A stretch of 64,000 nt of DNA from NCBI GenBank assembly GCA_041192805.1, contig JBEEMF010000069.1:4838-68837 (forward strand), read 5' to 3'. Origin of the DNA: Bacteroidota bacterium. Lineage in GTDB: Bacteria; Bacteroidota; Bacteroidia; NS11-12g; UBA955. The position numbers and the translations under genes were made by a program. How positions within the stretch are numbered: the stretch's first letter is position 1; each line of letters starts with the position of its first letter. Under the pieces are notes generated by a model. That model was given only the letters and a program-made list of their open reading frames with translations, ran no database searches and had not been told where the DNA came from. This document shows, in pieces, positions 59,637 through 64,000 of the stretch.

Positions 59637-59688
59637 AGGCAGATATTAATTTTACACCGAATTTCTACTAGAAAATCCACAAAAACAA

Positions 59689-61134
59689 GTGATTATAAGT
59701 TATTTACAAGTTTTTTATCTAAAAATAATAAATATTTCATTGAAAGGCTTTTTTTACAGTACTCTGACATTGCTCTTTGGCACTCCCTTCACCCTATTCG
59801 CCAACAACGACCCGTCGAAACCCATCAAACCGCCACATTATCGGGGTCTATGCGTTTTAAACGATTCATGCGCCTGGTTTTCCGGCAGCAAAGGCACCGT
59901 TATCCGCACCACCGATGGAGGCAAACATTTCGATACGATTTCTCCGCGACCCACCAACACCCGATTCACCGATTTCCTTCCCTATGGCAAACAAAGCGTT
60001 GAAAATTACAATCAGGTTTCCGATGCTCCAATTTCCTTATGGCGAAAGGACTACCGCGACATTTGGGCAAAAAACGAGAAAGAAGCCGTGATCATGAGCG
60101 CTGGTGATTCTGCCTTAATTCTCAAGACGATGGATGGCGGAAAAAACTGGACGATCGTTTATACCGATTTTAGAAAAGACATCTTTTTTGATGCCTTGGA
60201 AATAGATTCAAAGACCGGGATTGGCATGGTACTCGGTGATCCAATTAATACCCAAAAGCACTTTGCGGCTTTGTATACCACCGACTTTGGAAGTAGCTGG
60301 AATAATCTCCCAATTGGCGACTGGAATCTACCCCTCGATACGCTGGAGTCGTTCTTTGCTGCCAGTGGCACTTCACTTGTTATCATTGAAAGCAAGGTTA
60401 AAGCCGCCGATTCCTGTGTGAATTGTTTGGCTCGAACCAAGAATCTTACCGTTGGATTTGCTGGTGGCGGAATCAATCCCAGTTATCATATTGTAAAATT
60501 CAAACAGCAGACACGCCATACCAAGAAGCAAAATAAACGTTTCAATTTATCGATCTCCCAACCCCGCGTCGTATCCAATTTAATTATTCCAATGCCAATT
60601 GCTGGCGGACCTGGCTCGGGTGTTTACGGCATGTGCTTATCCGATGATGGCCGCATGATAGCCGTAGGCGGCAATTACACTTTACCCGATAGCTTCAATG
60701 GGGCTTCAGCGCATTCCACTGCTACCAATTTTGGCCTAAAATGGTCGGGCGGAATAGGTTTTCAAGGACATACCGGAGGATATCGAAGTGGAGTTTGTAT
60801 TAGCCGACCAATCTTTAGTGAGCAATTACAGTCACATCCAACGCCGGCGAGAGTTCAAACGGGCATTCACAAACCAAACGACACAACTATGAATTCTCTC
60901 ATTAAAAGCGGAAACAGAATCACCTTTTGCACAGGAACCAATGGAAGCGATATCTCCTCAGACAACGGGGGGACTTGGTATTCTATCCCGAAACAAACCC
61001 TGACGAGCGGCCTGTACTTTGAAGGGTCGTTTAACGCCTGCGCCTTTAGTTCAAAACACCTCTGGATGGTTGGCAATTCGGGCAAGTTTCAGCGAATTCC
61101 AATCTCCGATTTATTGTCGATGCGCATTAAATAA
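59689..61134 (+). CDS. Secreted BNR/Ycf48-like repeat protein (no recognisable T9SS C-terminal domain)
   Basis: The track ORF appears to start at a GTG. Hydrophobic N-terminus ...FFYSTLTLLFGTPFTLFANN; repeats TTDGGKHF, TMDGGKNWTIV, TTDFGSSWNNL, SDNGGTWYSIP. Confidence 0.6.
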   Translation: MIISYLQVFYLKIINISLKGFFYSTLTLLFGTPFTLFANNDPSKPIKPPHYRGLCVLNDSCAWFSGSKGTVIRTTDGGKHFDTISPRPTNTRFTDFLPYGKQSVENYNQVSDAPISLWRKDYRDIWAKNEKEAVIMSAGDSALILKTMDGGKNWTIVYTDFRKDIFFDALEIDSKTGIGMVLGDPINTQKHFAALYTTDFGSSWNNLPIGDWNLPLDTLESFFAASGTSLVIIESKVKAADSCVNCLARTKNLTVGFAGGGINPSYHIVKFKQQTRHTKKQNKRFNLSISQPRVVSNLIIPMPIAGGPGSGVYGMCLSDDGRMIAVGGNYTLPDSFNGASAHSTATNFGLKWSGGIGFQGHTGGYRSGVCISRPIFSEQLQSHPTPARVQTGIHKPNDTTMNSLIKSGNRITFCTGTNGSDISSDNGGTWYSIPKQTLTSGLYFEGSFNACAFSSKHLWMVGNSGKFQRIPISDLLSMRIK

Positions 61135-61157
61135 TCGAAAAACAGTACTCAAACCCT

Positions 61158-62696
61158 TTATTTCACTTTGTAAACCACAAACTTCGCATTCTCAAAAGCC
61201 ACAGGAAAGTCAACTTCCCCTCCCATTAGCATTCCGCGCGACTTTGGCAAAATCCAATAATTGATACGCTTTGATACAAGACGTTTTTTTGCGACCCCCA
61301 AATCAAAAGGCTTGATATCCATCACTTCATCCGTTGGATTCACTGGAATATCCGTAGCCACTTTGAATACCTCCGCCCCTGTCACATAGCGCATTAAACG
61401 AGGTTTATGAAATGATATCCGCTCATTGGCCTTCACCGATGACTCAACAAATGAATAAACCTCTGTGATTTCCTTGGAAAACGCCTGATTGGTGTCTGTG
61501 GCAATATAATGTACTGCGGTAGCTAAACCCTGAATCAATACTATAACAGAAAGCGCGATGGCCCAATTTGATGATTTTCTCAAAGCTGAAACCCCAATTC
61601 GGACATTGACAAAAGGTCTTACCAACTGCCACAATTCCATCAAACCAACCACGACCAAAACTGCCAACATTGGAAAAATTACAAACAACAAACGAACACC
61701 TTGAAGGCTAGGCCAAGCGCAAAACAAAGTCAAATTCACACCCACAAAAGCCACAATTGGCAGCAGCTGCCAACCTCTCTTCACAATCGCCAATAAAATG
61801 ATTGCCCAAACACAAAGCGCTAGTAAGCTAGTTGCCCAAGCGCCTAATGTTGCTTCGATAATGGTCGAAAAATGCCAAAGTGGATACGTCCCAATCATTT
61901 TAAAATACAAACCCATATTGGAAAACACCTGTGCCGGTGTCACGGATTTAAGCATATTCATATAAACGGGACCATGTCCTAGATCGTTTTTCAAAGCCAG
62001 CAACCCACACAATCCACCCAACACAAACACCAAAATCAGATTCCCATTGGCTCTCAATCCACCATAGAATTTGGGATTCTCCTGCCATACCAACAAGACC
62101 CAAGGCACAAGAAGAAACACCCCATTTGTTCTCGTTGATGTTGCCATGAACACCAAAAGTCCCAGGGTTAAATTCTTTGCCAAACTATTCCTCCATTGCG
62201 AATAGAGCAAAAACATAAACACACCCGCCAATCCCGCAAACCAAAGGTCCGATGTCAGACGGTTCGCCGCCTCCCAAATTTTTGGATGCCAAATCACCAA
62301 AACTAATGATAGCATAACCGGAACCATCCTATCCTCAAACAACAAACGGAACCAGCGATACACTGCCACCATGCAGAGAATAAAAATCGAATAATGAAAA
62401 AACTTCAATCCCACAAAACCCCAAATATCGATGCCCCGCATAGGCAAACTCATCAAAACTGGAAATCCTTGGGGATACAAATACGGACCAATGACACCAT
62501 CCGACTGATCCATGCAAACCTGATTGGAAATTGCCAATTCCTGCATGCCACCTCTAACCCAACAACGCGCTTGATGCAAATACAAAATGAAATCATCGCC
62601 CCATTCATGACCGGGATCTATACACAACCAACCGCCAATCAACGCGATAAGAAAAATGCCAAAAACCAACCATTGCGTTTTGATGTTTCCAGCCAT
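61158..62696 (-). CDS. Polytopic membrane protein, probable GT-C-fold glycosyltransferase (ArnT/PMT-like)
   Basis: 512 aa with ~12-14 TM helices throughout. It sits immediately downstream (9-nt gap) of a methyltransferase and a GT2 polyprenyl-phosphate sugar synthase-like gene on the same strand. Confidence 0.5.
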   Translation of the reverse strand: MAGNIKTQWLVFGIFLIALIGGWLCIDPGHEWGDDFILYLHQARCWVRGGMQELAISNQVCMDQSDGVIGPYLYPQGFPVLMSLPMRGIDIWGFVGLKFFHYSIFILCMVAVYRWFRLLFEDRMVPVMLSLVLVIWHPKIWEAANRLTSDLWFAGLAGVFMFLLYSQWRNSLAKNLTLGLLVFMATSTRTNGVFLLVPWVLLVWQENPKFYGGLRANGNLILVFVLGGLCGLLALKNDLGHGPVYMNMLKSVTPAQVFSNMGLYFKMIGTYPLWHFSTIIEATLGAWATSLLALCVWAIILLAIVKRGWQLLPIVAFVGVNLTLFCAWPSLQGVRLLFVIFPMLAVLVVVGLMELWQLVRPFVNVRIGVSALRKSSNWAIALSVIVLIQGLATAVHYIATDTNQAFSKEITEVYSFVESSVKANERISFHKPRLMRYVTGAEVFKVATDIPVNPTDEVMDIKPFDLGVAKKRLVSKRINYWILPKSRGMLMGGEVDFPVAFENAKFVVYKVK

Positions 62697-62705
62697 TTCG
62701 ATAGA

Positions 62706-63434
62706 TTAATCCTTTTGATACACCGCAATCACACTCAGTCCCATTTTATTCAAAACTACTTTGTCGGCAATTTTAAAAATGGGAGTAAGCACGTTGTATA
62801 ATTTCATATTGGATTCTGGAATCAATTTCTTCTTCATTACAGAACCTACTAAAAACCATCCAAAGATTCCCGCAAAATTGAAGTACCATGAACGAATCAA
62901 CTTTGCGCCCGTGGTTGGAAAAATACCCAACAAACGGCTCTTCGTGTAACGTTTAAAATGCTCCAAAGCGACATCAAATCCATTGTATAGCCATTGGTAC
63001 GCGGGCACCAAAATAATGATCTTACCCCCCGGCTTCAATAGTTTAATCATATTCTCAATCGCCAACTTATCATCTTTGATATGCTCTACCACATTTAACG
63101 CAAAAACAGCGTCGTAGGTCCCCAGCTTATCACCATGCATTTCAACAAATCCATCAGCAACAATATCCATATCTAAAACGGCGCGTTTTTCGAAAGACTT
63201 TTTCAAGTACGACCTATACTGTTCACGGATATCGCTTAAATCAATATCCATCCCATCGCGATCAAAAAAGTAGGATATATTCCCAATTCCACTGCCAATC
63301 TCTAAAATCTTCCCTTTACAATGTGGAACAACCTGTTGATACATCCACTCATTGAATTTATCTGCCTCTGCGATCGCCCTCAGGTTCTCTTCACCCTCAA
63401 AATCAAACTCCTTAAAATTATCTTGATTCCCCAT
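62706..63434 (-). CDS. Class I SAM-dependent methyltransferase
   Basis: ...KILEIGSGIGNISYFF... (motif I) and ...LKPGGKIIILVP... (post-II). Confidence 0.8.
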   Translation of the reverse strand: MGNQDNFKEFDFEGEENLRAIAEADKFNEWMYQQVVPHCKGKILEIGSGIGNISYFFDRDGMDIDLSDIREQYRSYLKKSFEKRAVLDMDIVADGFVEMHGDKLGTYDAVFALNVVEHIKDDKLAIENMIKLLKPGGKIIILVPAYQWLYNGFDVALEHFKRYTKSRLLGIFPTTGAKLIRSWYFNFAGIFGWFLVGSVMKKKLIPESNMKLYNVLTPIFKIADKVVLNKMGLSVIAVYQKD

Positions 63435-63437
63435 TTT

Positions 63438-64000
63438 CTATTTAAATAACCCGTATTTCACAATACAATAAATGGCCCTAAATCCATCTTTCCAACCAAT
63501 TTTCTTGCCCTCGGCAAAGGTCCGACCGTAATAACTGATTCCCACTTCGTAAATTCTCGCCCCCTCAACTCTAGCAATCTTAGCCGTCACCTCTGGCTCA
63601 AAACCAAATCTCCTCTCCTGTAATGTCAACCCCTGAATCATCTCCGTCCGGAACATTTTATAACACGTTTCCATATCGGTTAAATTCAAGTTTGTTGTCA
63701 CATTGCTCATAAACGTCAGCATCTTATTACCCAAAGAATGCCAAAAGAACAGAATTCGATGCGGCTTTCCACCAATAAAACGACTTCCGTAAACAACATC
63801 TGCAAAACCATCAACGATTGGCTTCAACAAAATATTGAATTCATTGGGATCGTACTCCAAATCGGCATCTTGAATAATCAAGACATCGCCGGTGGCTTTG
63901 GCAATTCCTGTATGCAGCGCTGCGCCCTTGCCTTTGTTGATTTCGTGATGAAAAATCTGCAATCCTAATTGTGGATGATCCGTTGCATATTGCGCCAACA
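63438..64000 (-). CDS. GT2-family glycosyltransferase, polyprenyl-phosphate sugar synthase-like (Dpm1/ArnC-like); the 5' end lies beyond the window
   Basis: ...[35 protein letters not shown]... (DXD-containing GT-A core) and a C-terminal amphipathic region. The N-terminal Rossmann start is missing because the gene is cut by the window edge. Confidence 0.75.
   Translation of the reverse strand, partial: LAQYATDHPQLGLQIFHHEINKGKGAALHTGIAKATGDVLIIQDADLEYDPNEFNILLKPIVDGFADVVYGSRFIGGKPHRILFFWHSLGNKMLTFMSNVTTNLNLTDMETCYKMFRTEMIQGLTLQERRFGFEPEVTAKIARVEGARIYEVGISYYGRTFAEGKKIGWKDGFRAIYCIVKYGLFK

Noticed and set aside
59679-59692. Exact start of the 59689 BNR-protein ORF
   Set aside because: The track's first codon corresponds to a GTG in my reading, and my hand-indexing is off by one relative to the track. 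The coordinate is left as given; the true start may be a downstream TTG/ATG that yields a cleaner signal peptide.
1-64000. Search for CRISPR arrays, integrases/transposases, reverse transcriptases and toxin-antitoxin pairs
   Set aside because: I saw no direct-repeat/spacer arrays, no DDE/tyrosine-recombinase-like ORFs, no YxDD RT motifs and no small paired ORFs. The region looks like conserved core chromosome.

Overview
This window reads as a core chromosomal region of a Bacteroidetes-type genome (roughly 45% GC, Bacteroidetes-style promoter motifs, two proteins with type IX secretion C-terminal sorting domains). It is densely packed with housekeeping genes and contains no integrase, transposase, CRISPR array, tRNA or rRNA. 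The main landmarks are: (1) uvrC (partial) - murI - two skp/ompH-like chaperone genes on the minus strand; (2) a LuxE-like acyl-protein synthetase gene convergent with an MMPL/RND exporter gene; (3) the rpsF-rpsR-rplI ribosomal operon and, upstream of it on the same strand, rpmH-rnpA-yidD (rpmH is 53 aa and absent from the ORF track); (4) ppk-ppx; (5) an LpxH-like phosphoesterase plus a MurG-like glycosyltransferase; (6) a minus-strand trmH-family / giant 1156-aa membrane-anchored coiled-coil protein / metG operon that is divergent from a lipoprotein-type Omp85 (TamL/BamA-like) gene; (7) M48 and NlpC/P60 peptidases, clpC, dnaB, htrA, and an ECF sigma/anti-sigma pair translationally coupled to dapF; (8) a T9SS-secreted BNR-repeat protein and lipA; (9) a complete Bacteroidetes-type dcw cluster, mraZ-rsmH-ftsL-ftsI-murE-mraY-murD-ftsW-murG-murC-ftsQ-ftsA-ftsZ, without murF or ddl, preceded by an array of GTGG(G) direct repeats at 10-11 bp spacing consistent with an MraZ operator; (10) a four-gene minus-strand operon (CCG-domain Fe-S protein, small unknown, MFS transporter, GT4 glycosyltransferase); (11) at the 3' edge, a GT2 (polyprenyl-phosphate sugar synthase-like) / SAM-methyltransferase / GT-C membrane protein trio next to a secreted BNR protein. 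I found no clearly foreign or defence-type system. The most interesting unexplained item is the conserved-looking giant coiled-coil membrane protein co-transcribed with trmH and metG and sitting next to the TamL-like Omp85. All coordinates derived from the ORF track are +/- a few nt, and start codons are my best choice within the track frames.
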